Part shown: positions 18,301 to 25,692 of the stretch, piece after piece
How the letters are laid out: the number at the start of each line of letters is the position of its first letter
Position numbering within the stretch: the first letter of the stretch is position 1
Origin: an uncultured virus (IMG/VR IMGVR_UViG_3300034106_003048)
Taxonomy: Duplodnaviria > Heunggongvirae > Uroviricota > Caudoviricetes
Direction: 5' to 3' (one strand)
IMG/VR virus record: IMGVR_UViG_3300034106_003048
DNA length: 64,000 nt
Notes under the pieces: model-generated
Seen by the model: only the letters and a program-made list of their open reading frames with translations
Database searches by the model: none
Told to the model about the DNA's origin: nothing
Made by a program: the position numbers and the translations under genes

Positions 18301-20204
18301 TTGCTTAATGCTCCAGCAAGTTCTCTTTCGTAAGAAGTTGTTACTCCTTTAATTAAGGATCTTGTTCCTGATGTAAGTAAATCAGGAGCGTTAGGAATGA
18401 TACTTTCAGTTAAAGCTTCTACAGCAGAACGCATTGTTGCAACAGATGCTGCATCTGAAGAGTCTTTAAAGTTATTATATTCTTCTAGATATATTTTAGG
18501 ATACGATGTAAGAAAAACAGATCCAAAAGTTGCAACGTTGGGAGCCAAACTACCAACAACTCTAGTTAACGCAGGAGTCATTGTTTTAGTGACTAGCATA
18601 CTTATGGCCATTTGAGCTCCGACAGGAATACCTGTTTCTATAGCTGCCCAACCATTATAGTGAGTTTCTCCGTCTTGATCTTTCCAACGAAATTTACCAG
18701 AACTTACAGGTTCTCCTTTTTCGTTTATGCCTATGTTATATCCTATATCATCAAATTTATCTAGAGTATTAGTCATTACGTACTCTGGAGTAAATATACT
18801 TCCTGCTGAAATAGCGGATTTTATAGGAAATATTAAATCATTAGAAAGTTGTTTAAATCCTCCTTCTACAGAAAGATCTAATCTTGCAGCAAGTTTTCCA
18901 AATTCTTCTGTATTAAATACGTCATCAAGAATATTAGAAGCAAGGTTGGTAGGACTTATGATATTTAAATTTTCTGGATTATATCCTATGTCCCAAATTT
19001 TTTGTTTTTGTTCTTTTAATTCTAATTCTTTAAATGCTTCTGCATAATTCTTTTTCAAATAATCTCTAAAGTCTACTTTATTAATTTCGCTTTCTAGTCT
19101 ATCTGACTCTTCAAGTTCTTTAAGTAAAGGTTCTAGATTAATTTTATTTAAAGGATTACTATCATTAAAAGATGCAGCTCTAGCTAAAGCAGCTAATTTT
19201 TGTGTCTTATCTCTATCTACTATATCCTTAATAGCTTTTAATCCTAATAAGTCTGCAGAAAAATTAATTCTTTGTGCATTAGCATTTTCAGGATCAGCGG
19301 TTTCAAACTCTTCTCTTTGTCCTTTTCCATATAGAGCACTTCCAGGTTCTTTAGCTAACATGTCTTTTCCAAAAGAATTTATAAACTCTTTAGGATAAGC
19401 TACTATGTTAGAGAGAGGAACGTTTGGATTTTTAGTTTTAAAGTATAGAGAATTAGCTATAGCTCTAACTTTATTAGCAAGTTCTTGTGCAGGCAATAAG
19501 CTTTTATTATTATAAAAAGCTGATCCGGAATAAGGAATTCCAGACTTTCCTTTAGCCATAGGACCTTGTATATAATCTGCTAATTTGTATAGAGCATCAT
19601 AGTTTTGTTTTTCATAGTAGTCTTCTACATTATTTAACTCATCATAAATGTTTTTAAAATAACTTTCTTTTCCTTCGTTGTAGTCTCGAGTAAAATCTGG
19701 TTTCTCTGCTACAAATGTAGTTTTTTTAGTTGCGGGATCATAAATTGATCTATACTGCGTAGCTTCTTTATCAAAATATTTTTGATAATCAGCAGGGTTC
19801 ATTCCTCCCCACGCATTTGTTTTAAGAGGCTGCATTTGATCATACAAAGAGTTTACTTGTTTGATTAAAGGCATTCTTAGATCATCTGCATCTTCAAATT
19901 GGCGTAGTATGTTTCTTTGAAACTCTTTCTCCTTTTCTACATAATGATTGTAAATATCTATCTCTTGAGGAGTTGCTTGCTTTTCTTTAGCTCTAGTAGC
20001 TATGTCTTGCATAGAACGATCAAGAGCTGCTTTTTGACTTTTTACGCGAGCATCTTTGATAGCTGGATCTACAACTTTAGGAATTACTTTGTCTAAGTAT
20101 TCTGTAAAAGAAGGCACTTGTCCTTCTTTAGTAACAAAAAAACTAAAATCGTTTTGTTCTGGTTTTGGTAGAAACGAAGGAAAGGGTTTATTTTCTTCTG
20201 CCAT
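6348..20204 (-). CDS. Giant virion-associated RNA polymerase polyprotein (crAss-like vRNAP) with zincin and NADAR domains
   Basis: 4618 aa. Catalytic-loop motif GSDFDIDKL (~9192-9218) preceded by RVPTQGLNSM. Also DGQG and KPQYAG, zincin YHESWH...AEEYLAE (~13480-13606), a NADAR-like segment (~7550-7965), coiled coils and an N-terminal Ala/Gly-rich hydrophobic region. Confidence 0.88.
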   Translation of the reverse strand: MAEENKPFPSFLPKPEQNDFSFFVTKEGQVPSFTEYLDKVIPKVVDPAIKDARVKSQKAALDRSMQDIATRAKEKQATPQEIDIYNHYVEKEKEFQRNILRQFEDADDLRMPLIKQVNSLYDQMQPLKTNAWGGMNPADYQKYFDKEATQYRSIYDPATKKTTFVAEKPDFTRDYNEGKESYFKNIYDELNNVEDYYEKQNYDALYKLADYIQGPMAKGKSGIPYSGSAFYNNKSLLPAQELANKVRAIANSLYFKTKNPNVPLSNIVAYPKEFINSFGKDMLAKEPGSALYGKGQREEFETADPENANAQRINFSADLLGLKAIKDIVDRDKTQKLAALARAASFNDSNPLNKINLEPLLKELEESDRLESEINKVDFRDYLKKNYAEAFKELELKEQKQKIWDIGYNPENLNIISPTNLASNILDDVFNTEEFGKLAARLDLSVEGGFKQLSNDLIFPIKSAISAGSIFTPEYVMTNTLDKFDDIGYNIGINEKGEPVSSGKFRWKDQDGETHYNGWAAIETGIPVGAQMAISMLVTKTMTPALTRVVGSLAPNVATFGSVFLTSYPKIYLEEYNNFKDSSDAASVATMRSAVEALTESIIPNAPDLLTSGTRSLIKGVTTSYERELAGALSNTVRGLFPGMTNKAVRRILDSRIAKRAVGITKDIAQEAIVEEELALVGNHFVDQYAVGLNPEYVTQNDLTVDNIIDTGVEAIAGMALTAFAMGGGTKRADNFNKAIYRWKIANNPDHYISYLTNQLDANKITQEEYLQKVGQIRKYEAELKTLPININSVRDMKTLLQDKDAQAVYFSNILEKQKLLNYVPTEEEKEEYTKQLEEVDRQLYKTEQAAGLYENLTTEEKNKIVADNYERKRKDILESEDLSPALLDHLIEHYKKDQKQNPKVFAFPLTAHITSLEKAREATADNFFKFIVNNNQGLTFEQLDYKIGLLSQNAKLYNETQVATMKGILGVSLLSTAGPIFAIEDENQFIEALARNYVTVDKNKRPLVSNGRPLLHQIREGYIQDTLFSKFVKGLEGQEREDKLTDLKEQFFERVAELKAMTDANQPFPPAETAETVSPEQVPSMIEEAFTAYQEELSQIEGDAEEQAAARSEIKAKFVNTSLGIIRDNFTSLDDLFNRMEDFFKKVSPETAAESLQKFKEDFNKGTISRSLYRVMGKGVPADFIQELKTRLSGLKAEPSKEGEAAPTVEEEKQEEQQEEQEETKTSATGVVIASDKQFASTGEKIAAIEEEIKALTAEMDVEKERLAFLDTLLEEEKAIMRESVQAAEKELKEFSKITAPKGSKRSENIANRRSQLEQEVRSHFTKLQSIIDSIREVENNLKRISELKRNLQNKSNYYKSLVASGQATIPDIWEKIYYLDNKIKGLNKLVDKAKRVIEKLKQAISNIAEILSTQKGILEEGQYPTKEQVQKLSDSIDFATSTEEQLNNKEKELESLVKATQNAEVQLNYLFELLEYIERPDAKETLDVTPEEVIVPETFAPEEEFVPVEGPEETPTKGKKRKKGSKKVGTVSKQQVATRDKLINANPEAFYLISLTDGTKVEAGDFNMLGPDYIEGFDRDANLIQIPVATLKSARKLKDQVISQDPNIDQVLVETDEDTVLGEWEEKDNRILFPQSGFITSSDEFDKEDEEVEDDYSQAVNAILKNITDFPSARITSMQGYLEKLMGPDIIAKISSVLDSAKSIDEKFTELSQIFTEYNKPIFYTKTLAWWAENGLKQFNEDLKAPAFFITDKKGNILRYTPQGLNSRGIPIHRNLPKAGGRIKGKAILEDYLAIKVDFLNPIIQKAIIYMDDVRTQLKNDPSLVFVVPDVELSRGAIKEVDGKKYKLVPTDGEKLLVVGTDVEESESSLPKGYIVGYYQDELTRVVFPKLTEEQAEVIRFIAETPNNELPKELNTAEKKLQYINNLVYTNPRSQSGRISFQIVEGRVVASLDGKVIYGQDIVNTLKDSYLNFNHTNYNKYSPFTTYTLDTANNKLVAGGQVNYKDFVNSQVSFFVPLQTRFNRKFYFGQPVLETEFEEETTSTLVDQEEPFVELTFSDVEGPAVPDEALVPDEEFVPLDLNPISEVVETLEKEEEAAKETVKEPTTLEEQEFNFPEEPQTPEDFDLDSMDGLFRSRNLPRRQSEELAKKALEWFESSEIGKLVDVRRLFNVVNSQAYAAFTKGLITLYEGSSDIDLYHESWHVFSQYFLTRAEKIELYKNVQKKIGNVSFKEAEEYLAEGYQDYAIKRSEAKPKNAIEKIYDKIYKFIQRIFNNPQFEINKMFEALYTGNINQYAPSENNFMFKELFSGRANSLNLKTPLGKEVIFSDRDLNELISNLDATIISQVLDNISERTNKRISLGTVLANKKNKKFIGNIYVVLKETLQKNLDDLKKQNKSDRAPMIERYEAILNDWNKVVKAHATLSTVLTNRAVSVYDEYLEDSQNSDEAQKDFAFNKSIEEFSSISRSKPEVIALVASIRKHKNNRFERTPLLGLPVLDNFTKNWKILSSLLANVTDYAHMLYKIEELAKENPEFNFLLESLPKYNQQGVTKGELTLKTAFINTFSEPIVDMLKVRLNSESVPPTKSNPKGETKLVANVIVAESRASTRVLKDWGMRFKTEGTEFTKKGNGQETGEIDINKVKEALKQIDRDAKTLLVGLELALELAENVGIYIDQSVTEQLVSTEEKREFIQAVKEYAKAIVSYGQANPTVAINDPINQVKFMVSKSVSKLVSTYLKNQDDYFTDEASNPEGNYIYKKNQFHFMSKVASWINQPMLRLKAQYVGKDITDLPVSQTHEEYYPTFGDLLKMKPQLGYLDSTIDPFSYGSNWMSQLYDINGNRILNAQGTPEALLKVVHFGGTEYEQNKRLTGKKTTNLTSVDKLLTDIQGFLTKGVQENIRFGDKGSAYAVYIEKPLNDVYKQPVTSTGFATNIDAITPFTGDSWEDNLDGFMNHAVAEVLAINKARKLNKEKNKYKNYDKNGDKLRFLADIVDKETSDVLEGDNLHNAIDKLSTIQEKIDYITDVLYDYEVNFQFADYIKQEAEDLKNYIVEKLSFNPLEEEKFLRTLLPNAGKFSQFTTAQLLLAYTYYDTLHRIEQFKFFYRDPAFFKNTDDVFKRLSKYSATGTYMITSPDILDTLNSSAAYERKLQKAATGTSSPYTDKIRVAITKDTLVDSPNKDEYVELVSKELGIDIEEAKKFLEGYGTTGKGAERADGQGIATLDFYRFSKLTIGEWLPEQEAIYEKEVEIYNLYKEYKASLSNPAAAQRIARQINNLIEEQNYVFEPQKPQYAGPIADKFPVTHFEKFSIYPATPSLTLVPTVNSKGEIIIEESDLFKMVENMYQSNVDYLVMASGVKDSALMDGSDYQDFYDEKGNVNQQPLKVNEVYADFFKEQVKISPHTGIQEIIFPTQMRGLLFLDEAEKGKFDKVTYRQYNRFRKVLEELISVEKEKLKKQLGAKKDDFSDVSSVALSKFLERELKSKDVSSGVFTFLVTKNKEFVFDYNGSTERRSISSILDNIVYNRIIKQKLSGTNYIQGANLGNTPFTKATALQKRVYGTNDMRFYSKDYQYCDVKIAFSERYKPLLNIVWKGERIGTIAKLNSLLRDEEFFKEHGKKVTLVGARVPTQGLNSMERMRVVQFLPPSAGTLMLLPEEIVVKTGSDFDIDKLFVFEPTMDENGDFYPYISATEEIKIREKLDSLLDTYSKKKVKFAFQVKALKEKVKDERILAIIDQKVSEISKGVIETERNLIAEDVMVKDEEVMNTSELSDANKEVVEMTQDLGKDINKALLKIEKNFAFMSEIKNEINEATNTLRKIKYGRSNEFVDVIATRLGNPDILVKLILPNSNPDLQGEKDGQSLPQYFNNKTKYIKEATGSFTSLIKAVTSNQIFESFMVGKAVLGVAARMNKTHQITAQMNLYDTSESPYMLETNNENSLSMLRDKKGRFISSMFSQYINGLVDIAKGAWISLLGVNKIKGPVQMYIVKRGTNVEEAIAFTLQPSINDYANNISRTKSVFISALGLSTEKKDALYSVVEKYRSTLERANFLVTNKQGDILTYSTLQNVYDAVLFNPNVKPVNVWSSDKNGFEKLSNFYDASFYGELGKKTYSFRSPEHYYQAAKALFHGREDLFKEIMETSYGVNAKKIGSEVKASKEWKKVSEGYLEYAMRMSIENNPAKKKLLLSTGEAQITHFNPKGDFAKDYWTTGFPRLLMRIRNSMQPIKYSYFSEETLTKQLTNPTDMNQLLYLAQYVALEGKSSNYVSFDQNYSPDTRKESGLFENKIRTEEQTVDLPNDFNGLNTFDQTVISPFEGLTTFSADLQVQTNNLLKNKTVANALIDVVKQLKEQLPFDEFDYAKINGKLIDSLMQHIIHNHYKTEDAGNFFLANNLGIENISPLSFESPADVNLAKRYKKLISAAKAQKINLVKEFPVLKFFKPFFKKDSDFFTFIFTAGSKLTSMQKDEFKSDFVKLLNYNHENMEFAAEVRNFFSEMLETLYVSTGFQYFEGNTAPIIPESIYAKKVTKAIKEFLAQKPSELKDALNNFSDNFLLYNYSNVIGLEPAASQKSFNIYNLALAEFGIVDPIVEMSKGEEYFIIQLTNLDNNSVYLQLIEKTCD

Positions 20205-20238
20205 TTTATTTATTTTTAATGCAGTTTTGTAGTTAAAT

Positions 20239-21960
20239 TTATTTGATAGAACTGTTTAAAGAATTATAGAGACTGTCTATTCCTCCTTTTCCTGTTATAG
20301 AAGTTTCAGGGCTTTTAAAAAGATCTGAATAAGATGTGGGAGCAGTAGGAACAAATGGAGATGGGCTTTGAGGTGTTGGTTGCATATATCTAGAACGAAC
20401 ACTTTGTTCATAGTCTCCATAGTAAGGCTTTTCAAGTTTTAATTCTGTCCTAAACGCTTCATCAAATTTGTCTTGCCAAACTTCAACTATTCGATCTTCT
20501 CCAGCTTCTTTAAACCTTACGTTAAATCTATAAGTTTTGTCTGGGTTTTGTTTAATACTAACATCATTCAAATCAAATCCTTCTTCTGGAACAGCATTAG
20601 GATCTCCGGTGCTATTTATTACACCATTCTTTAGAATGTTTTGTAAAGCAATTCTTTCATCTCCTGATAAAGCTGCTACATTTAATGGTTCCCAAGTTTG
20701 AGAGGTAGTTCCATTATTAGTAAACTTTTTAAACTTTTCAGAAGCTTTTTGTGCTGCTTCTATTGTTAGTCCCATTTCTTCTTTTCTAGCCTCAGTAAGT
20801 TTTAATGGTATGCCTCCAGGACCAATTACATAGGTATTAGCATCTTCTCCATCTTTTGTTAAACCAAGTCTTTGTTTTTCTTTAGCCAAAGTTACTTCTT
20901 TATAGTAATCTTCATTTTTACGAAGGCTAGATTGGAATTGTGCTAAAGCATAAGGATTAGCAGTTAACTCTTCTTTTACTTGTTTGTAAGCGTAGAAGTC
21001 AGATTGTCCAGTTATAAATTTAGCATAAAGATCGTTTATGATTGCAGAGTCTGCTACAGCTTCTGTTTCATTAAAATTGGCTAGAGATTCTGTTAGTGCT
21101 TCTTTTTTAAGTTTTAGTGTTGCTAAATTTTGTCTGTCGGCATCACTAAGAACTCCTTTATATTGTTCGTATTGAGCAATCATATTGTCAAGCGTACTAA
21201 GTTGTTTTCCTCTAGTTTCATAGTAATAATCTACTTTTTTCTCGGGACTCATGTTTCTAGCTTGGTACATTGCATCAATTTGAATCTGTTGCTTTATATG
21301 CGAAGGTAAAGCATCTTGCATAAAATTAAACAAGTCATTATTAACTAATTCTTCTGTAACAGTTTCTATGTTATATTTTCCGTCAGGAGTCATAGTTATT
21401 TTAGATTTAATGTCAGGTTTAGCAGTTTTAAGCAATTCATTAATATACTTAGTAGGATCGTTATAAGGAACATATTCTTTTCCTGAACTAAGACTGCTTC
21501 CTACTTTACCATCGTTAAGCCATTCTTTAGCATCTTGTAAGTATAGCCAATCATTTGCTGCATTTCTTTCATCAGGCTTCATCTTAGAGAGAGTTTCATA
21601 TCTTCTTGAATATTCTTTGCTAGACTTAATAGCATTAAGCAAATTAACATCGGTTTCAAGAGGTCGAGAAACTGCTAAAATATTTCTTACATTTGCCATA
21701 TTAGCAAAGTCTGTTTTTCCAGAACTTTCATTAATAGCTTTCATATACTTATCCATTTCTTGAGAAAAGTATTTCTTGTCACTATCTTTTATAAGTTGGA
21801 ATCCATACTTATCTAATTCGCTAATATGTTTTTGAACCTTTTCTACGTTAGTGTCATAAGCTTGTTGTTTGATAGCACCAAGTTTAATAACCTCATCGGC
21901 AGGAAGAGGACTTACATATTCAGGATATTTAAGAAATTGATGTTTATGTGAAATAGGCAT
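20239..21960 (-). CDS. Putative ejection/cargo protein
   Basis: 573 aa, helical-looking, no Cys seen. Lies directly upstream of the vRNAP gene, as internal virion proteins do in crAss-like phages. Confidence 0.6.
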   Translation of the reverse strand: MPISHKHQFLKYPEYVSPLPADEVIKLGAIKQQAYDTNVEKVQKHISELDKYGFQLIKDSDKKYFSQEMDKYMKAINESSGKTDFANMANVRNILAVSRPLETDVNLLNAIKSSKEYSRRYETLSKMKPDERNAANDWLYLQDAKEWLNDGKVGSSLSSGKEYVPYNDPTKYINELLKTAKPDIKSKITMTPDGKYNIETVTEELVNNDLFNFMQDALPSHIKQQIQIDAMYQARNMSPEKKVDYYYETRGKQLSTLDNMIAQYEQYKGVLSDADRQNLATLKLKKEALTESLANFNETEAVADSAIINDLYAKFITGQSDFYAYKQVKEELTANPYALAQFQSSLRKNEDYYKEVTLAKEKQRLGLTKDGEDANTYVIGPGGIPLKLTEARKEEMGLTIEAAQKASEKFKKFTNNGTTSQTWEPLNVAALSGDERIALQNILKNGVINSTGDPNAVPEEGFDLNDVSIKQNPDKTYRFNVRFKEAGEDRIVEVWQDKFDEAFRTELKLEKPYYGDYEQSVRSRYMQPTPQSPSPFVPTAPTSYSDLFKSPETSITGKGGIDSLYNSLNSSIK

Positions 21961-21981
21961 CTTTTAGTTTTTTAATTGTTT

Positions 21982-24900
21982 TTAACGAACTGAACCTTCA
22001 TTTTTCTCTCTTCTTTTTCTTAGAGGAATTGTTATTTCTGGCAAAGGTACAAAATTAGAAGTATTAATCATTTGATCTATGCCTTGAGGTTGCATATTTG
22101 CTATTTCTTGAGGAAGAGACATAGAAGGCACAGATGTTGATTCAGTTGTTGAAGTTTTTTGATTTGCTTGATTTGCTTGATTTGCCCACTGACTGTTCCA
22201 GTAGTTTCTTGCATTAGGATTTACTTTAATAGGATTTCTAAGATCTGTTCCTTCGTAATAGTAGTTAGGGAACATTGTAGTAAAGTACATCATCTTAAGA
22301 GCTTCATCCCTATTGAATTTAGCATTTTTATCTACTAGATTAAATACAGCATTTAATCTTTCAGTTTCTGCAGCATCCATTGCTGCTGCTCTGTATTCGT
22401 TATAGACTTGAGCAGCAGAAGATACGTCTCTAAAGTTTTCAAGATCTCTTGCTTGAGCATTATACTGATCTGCTTGGAAACGAGCTTGTGCATCATAGTT
22501 TTGCTTTTTAGCAAAAGCTTGTTGTTTAGCTTGAAGAGCTGTATTAAACAAAGCTGAGTTTCTAGAATTATCCAAAGAAGGATTACCTGTAGTTTGGCGA
22601 ACAGCTGATTGAAAAGTACTGTTTATACTTTGAAGTTCGTCATCAATATTTAAGGTAGGAGGAACAATCTCTGTATGAGTATAGTCAGGAGTGTAATAAG
22701 TATAAGGAGTCATACCTGCTAAGAAACCAAGAACTTCTGGTGCTCCTTGATATAGAGGAAATTTACCAGGAGTACTAGGAACTTGATCATATGGAGGCAT
22801 AGGATTGTACTTGTTTCCTGGAGGAGTTCCTTCTGGAGAAGTGCCTTCTTCTTCCTCTACAGCAAGATAACGAGGATTTCCTACATAAGCAGCTGCATCA
22901 TAATGTTCAAATCCTCCAAGAGCATCGTCACCCATAGATGGTCTAAAAGTACCACTTGGGAAAGTCTTTTCCATAGACTTAGTAATCTCTTCGTAACGAT
23001 TATTGTTTTTATAAAAATCGTCTGTAATAAGATAACTGTCTGGAGTATTTGCAGCAAGGTCTGAAAGTCCTATTTCAGTTAAGAATTTCTTTCTGTTTTC
23101 AGCTTTTTGTTTAGAATCAGTACTTTCAGCTAAAGCAATTGCTTCATCTTGAGACATACCTTCAGCAATAGCTCTTGAGTAGGTAGCTCTTTGCTCATAA
23201 TCCATAGGAGTGAATCCTCCTACAAAAGAACCTGCAGAAAGTCCTTCTGACTCTTTTCCAGATTTATCTTTTGTTTTAACTTTTCTACTAAAGTCAGAAG
23301 TACCGGCTTGAGAATTAATTTTATATTTAGGAGTACCAAAGTGTTTACCACTTACGTTAAGAACTTGGGAAATAGCAAGACGTTCTCTAAAGTTAGGTTT
23401 AAATCCTCCTAATATATTTATACTACCATCTTTGTTTTTAGTTACAGTTCCGTCTTTAATACCTTTTTCAATAGCACCTTCTGCTAGTTGAAGTAAAACA
23501 TTATTTTCAGGAGATTGTTGAGCCCAAGCATTTACATAAGCAATTCCTTCTTTAGAGTCAGCTGCAGAAGAACTTTTAGTTGTGTTTGCTACTATCTTAG
23601 CTTCAACCTTACTTACTTTTTTAACTGTACCATCTTCAAAAACAACATAGTCTCCAGCTTTAATTGATTTATCGCCTTCTTTTTTAACAGTAGCATCTTT
23701 CGGTACTTTGTATTTTCTTTTTGTAGCAGGGTTTACATAAACACCGCCTTCTTTAAAATAAGTATTGTCATTATGTGCATATACAGTATTAGCTAAAGAA
23801 AGTTCTTGTTCTGTATTAGCATAAGGATTATACATACCTTCATCCTCTTGATACATTCCTCCTTCTTGAAAGCTAGAGTCCCCTCCTACATAGTAAAAAC
23901 CATTATTATTATAATTAGGAGAAATTACATTTCCATAAAAAGTAGAACGATTATCTCCCATCATAGGAAACTGTCCTCCATCTTTAAACTCTGCGTAACC
24001 TCCATAATATTGTCCACCGTATTCAAAAGGATTAGTAAAGCTTAGTTTTTCTCCTTCTCTTAAATCTAATCCAAATTTACCCATAATTTCTTCTTGATTC
24101 ATTTGAGCAACCATTTCTGGATTCATGCCCATAGACTCAGCAGCTTGATCAGTTCCGTCAGAGTTTCCGTTTTGAATCTGTTGGTCTTGGAATAATTCAT
24201 TAAGAATTGATTCATTACGATCAAACATTCTTCTAGCTGTATTTCTATCTACTGAATTTGCATAAGGATTGTCTAGAATTTTTTTAAACTTATCTGTATC
24301 GTACTTTTTTGCAAGTTGAGCATAAGTCTTCTTGCTACCCATAGGTTTTAAGAAATCAGAAAACACTCTGGTACCTTCGGGTAAGTTAGTATGTACTCCT
24401 CCTTTTGCGTGAGAAGGTCCTTGAACATGTTGGGTTTCCATGTCAGGAAGTTGTATAAACTCTCCACCTTCTACTTCTACATCAGTAGTTTCTGGAGATG
24501 TTCCTCTGCGGATATTTGCGCCTTTTTGTGCCATAATTAAACTTTGGTATTGAGTACCTCCACTAGCATCTGGTCCATAGAGGTAATTGTAATCGTAAAT
24601 AGGTTTTTGTGTAAATACGTTTCTTAATCTTTTTTGATAATTGTAGTTGTCTTGGATTGCTTGGTTTCTTCTTAAAAAAGCATCAGTTCCAGCAAGTCCT
24701 AGAGTTATAGCTTCGTTTCTTTTAAGTCCAGAAAAAGGATTTTTTAGTTTTTGATTTCTATCTGGAGCAGAACTTGTAGGAGCTACATCTGTTCCAGTAG
24801 TAACTTGATACTGAGGCTCATCTAGAGTCATTGGCTTTGGTCTTTGATAAAGACCGGCTGCTTGTTCATTAAACTCTGGAGTTCCCCAAGTATTCCAAGA

Positions 24901-25077
24901 AGGGGCTGTAGGAAGTCCTGTTAATTCAACAGGTTTAGCATTTGGAGAAGTTTGTGTATTCTCGTAAACATCCGCAGGTTTTTTAACTGGTTCATTTAAC
25001 CAATTAAATAATCCTACTTGTCCTACTTTTTTATTAGACTTATTAGACTTGTTAAGTTTGTTAGATTTTTTAGCCAT
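21982..25077 (-). CDS. crAss-like cargo/internal virion protein
   Basis: 1031 aa with EVEGGE...GPSHAKGGV...VFSD segment, repeated F-x-x-GG motifs and an Ala/Gln/Asn-rich C-terminal helix. No Cys seen. Confidence 0.7.
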   Translation of the reverse strand: MAKKSNKLNKSNKSNKKVGQVGLFNWLNEPVKKPADVYENTQTSPNAKPVELTGLPTAPSWNTWGTPEFNEQAAGLYQRPKPMTLDEPQYQVTTGTDVAPTSSAPDRNQKLKNPFSGLKRNEAITLGLAGTDAFLRRNQAIQDNYNYQKRLRNVFTQKPIYDYNYLYGPDASGGTQYQSLIMAQKGANIRRGTSPETTDVEVEGGEFIQLPDMETQHVQGPSHAKGGVHTNLPEGTRVFSDFLKPMGSKKTYAQLAKKYDTDKFKKILDNPYANSVDRNTARRMFDRNESILNELFQDQQIQNGNSDGTDQAAESMGMNPEMVAQMNQEEIMGKFGLDLREGEKLSFTNPFEYGGQYYGGYAEFKDGGQFPMMGDNRSTFYGNVISPNYNNNGFYYVGGDSSFQEGGMYQEDEGMYNPYANTEQELSLANTVYAHNDNTYFKEGGVYVNPATKRKYKVPKDATVKKEGDKSIKAGDYVVFEDGTVKKVSKVEAKIVANTTKSSSAADSKEGIAYVNAWAQQSPENNVLLQLAEGAIEKGIKDGTVTKNKDGSINILGGFKPNFRERLAISQVLNVSGKHFGTPKYKINSQAGTSDFSRKVKTKDKSGKESEGLSAGSFVGGFTPMDYEQRATYSRAIAEGMSQDEAIALAESTDSKQKAENRKKFLTEIGLSDLAANTPDSYLITDDFYKNNNRYEEITKSMEKTFPSGTFRPSMGDDALGGFEHYDAAAYVGNPRYLAVEEEEGTSPEGTPPGNKYNPMPPYDQVPSTPGKFPLYQGAPEVLGFLAGMTPYTYYTPDYTHTEIVPPTLNIDDELQSINSTFQSAVRQTTGNPSLDNSRNSALFNTALQAKQQAFAKKQNYDAQARFQADQYNAQARDLENFRDVSSAAQVYNEYRAAAMDAAETERLNAVFNLVDKNAKFNRDEALKMMYFTTMFPNYYYEGTDLRNPIKVNPNARNYWNSQWANQANQANQKTSTTESTSVPSMSLPQEIANMQPQGIDQMINTSNFVPLPEITIPLRKRREKNEGSVR

Positions 25078-25128
25078 AACTTTTAAAGTTAGGTTGAGTT
25101 AATAGAAATATAACTCTCTGTATTATTA

Positions 25129-25158
25129 CAAAGATATATTAAAATTTATAAAAGTCAA
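25129..25158 (-). promoter_or_regulatory. Bacteroidota sigma-A type promoter for the cargo/vRNAP operon
   Basis: Minus strand TTG-N19-TATCTTTG, matching the -33/-7 (TAnnTTTG) consensus, in the intergenic gap upstream of the 25077 start. Confidence 0.75.
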
Positions 25159-25179
25159 GTTAATTCTTTAGGTTAAGAA

Positions 25180-25341
25180 TTACTTACGTCCTTGACCTCT
25201 ATAGCGTTTTTTGTAGTTCTTAGATGTTTTAAGACCAGAATTGTTCTTTTTAGATACAATTCCTTTACGTCTTACTTTAGGTTTAGCTTTCCTAATAGAA
25301 ACTCCTAGTGAGCTCTTACTAGATCCTTTACTTGGTGCCAT
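25180..25341 (-). CDS. Small basic phage protein with C-terminal YRGQGR motif (53 aa)
   Basis: Below the ORF-track cutoff. Hand translation MAPSKGSSKSSLGVSIRKAKPKVRRKGIVSKKNNSGLKTSKNYKKRYRGQGRK. Start overlaps the end of the upstream gene. Confidence 0.75.
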   Translation of the reverse strand: MAPSKGSSKSSLGVSIRKAKPKVRRKGIVSKKNNSGLKTSKNYKKRYRGQGRK

Positions 25342-25690
25342 ACTTTGATTTTAATTTAGGTTTAGACATCATTCCACCAGCTCTTAGATAAGATTCTTTA
25401 AGCTTTAATCCGCTAGATTTAAAAGGATGGCTCATAGCAGGAGTGTTTCTATTGTCTTTGTATCCTCCTTCAGCCATGTACATTCCTTCTTGTCCTTTGC
25501 GAGATTTTGCCATTTTCTTAAAAGTCTTAGCAAGATTGTAACGCTTAGAGCCAGGAGGACAAGTAGGTCCACCAAATTTAGCACCGGTGCATACACCTTC
25601 GGTTCCTCTGCGTTTGATTGAGGCAGTAGCTTTTTGAATCCAATTACCGCCTTTTTTCATGTAACCGTAGTCAGTCATTTCGTTTTGCAT
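25328..25690 (-). CDS. Small basic putative head-internal protein
   Basis: 120 aa with NWIQKATASIKRRGTEGVCTG...KRYNLAKTFKKM block and MKKGG/MAEGG/LRAGG motifs. Confidence 0.7.
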   Translation of the reverse strand: MQNEMTDYGYMKKGGNWIQKATASIKRRGTEGVCTGAKFGGPTCPPGSKRYNLAKTFKKMAKSRKGQEGMYMAEGGYKDNRNTPAMSHPFKSSGLKLKESYLRAGGMMSKPKLKSKYGTK

Positions 25691-25692
25691 TT

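Noticed and set aside
22159..22185. 9-nt tandem repeat encoding (ANQ)x3
   Set aside because: Simple in-frame low-complexity slippage with no further signal.
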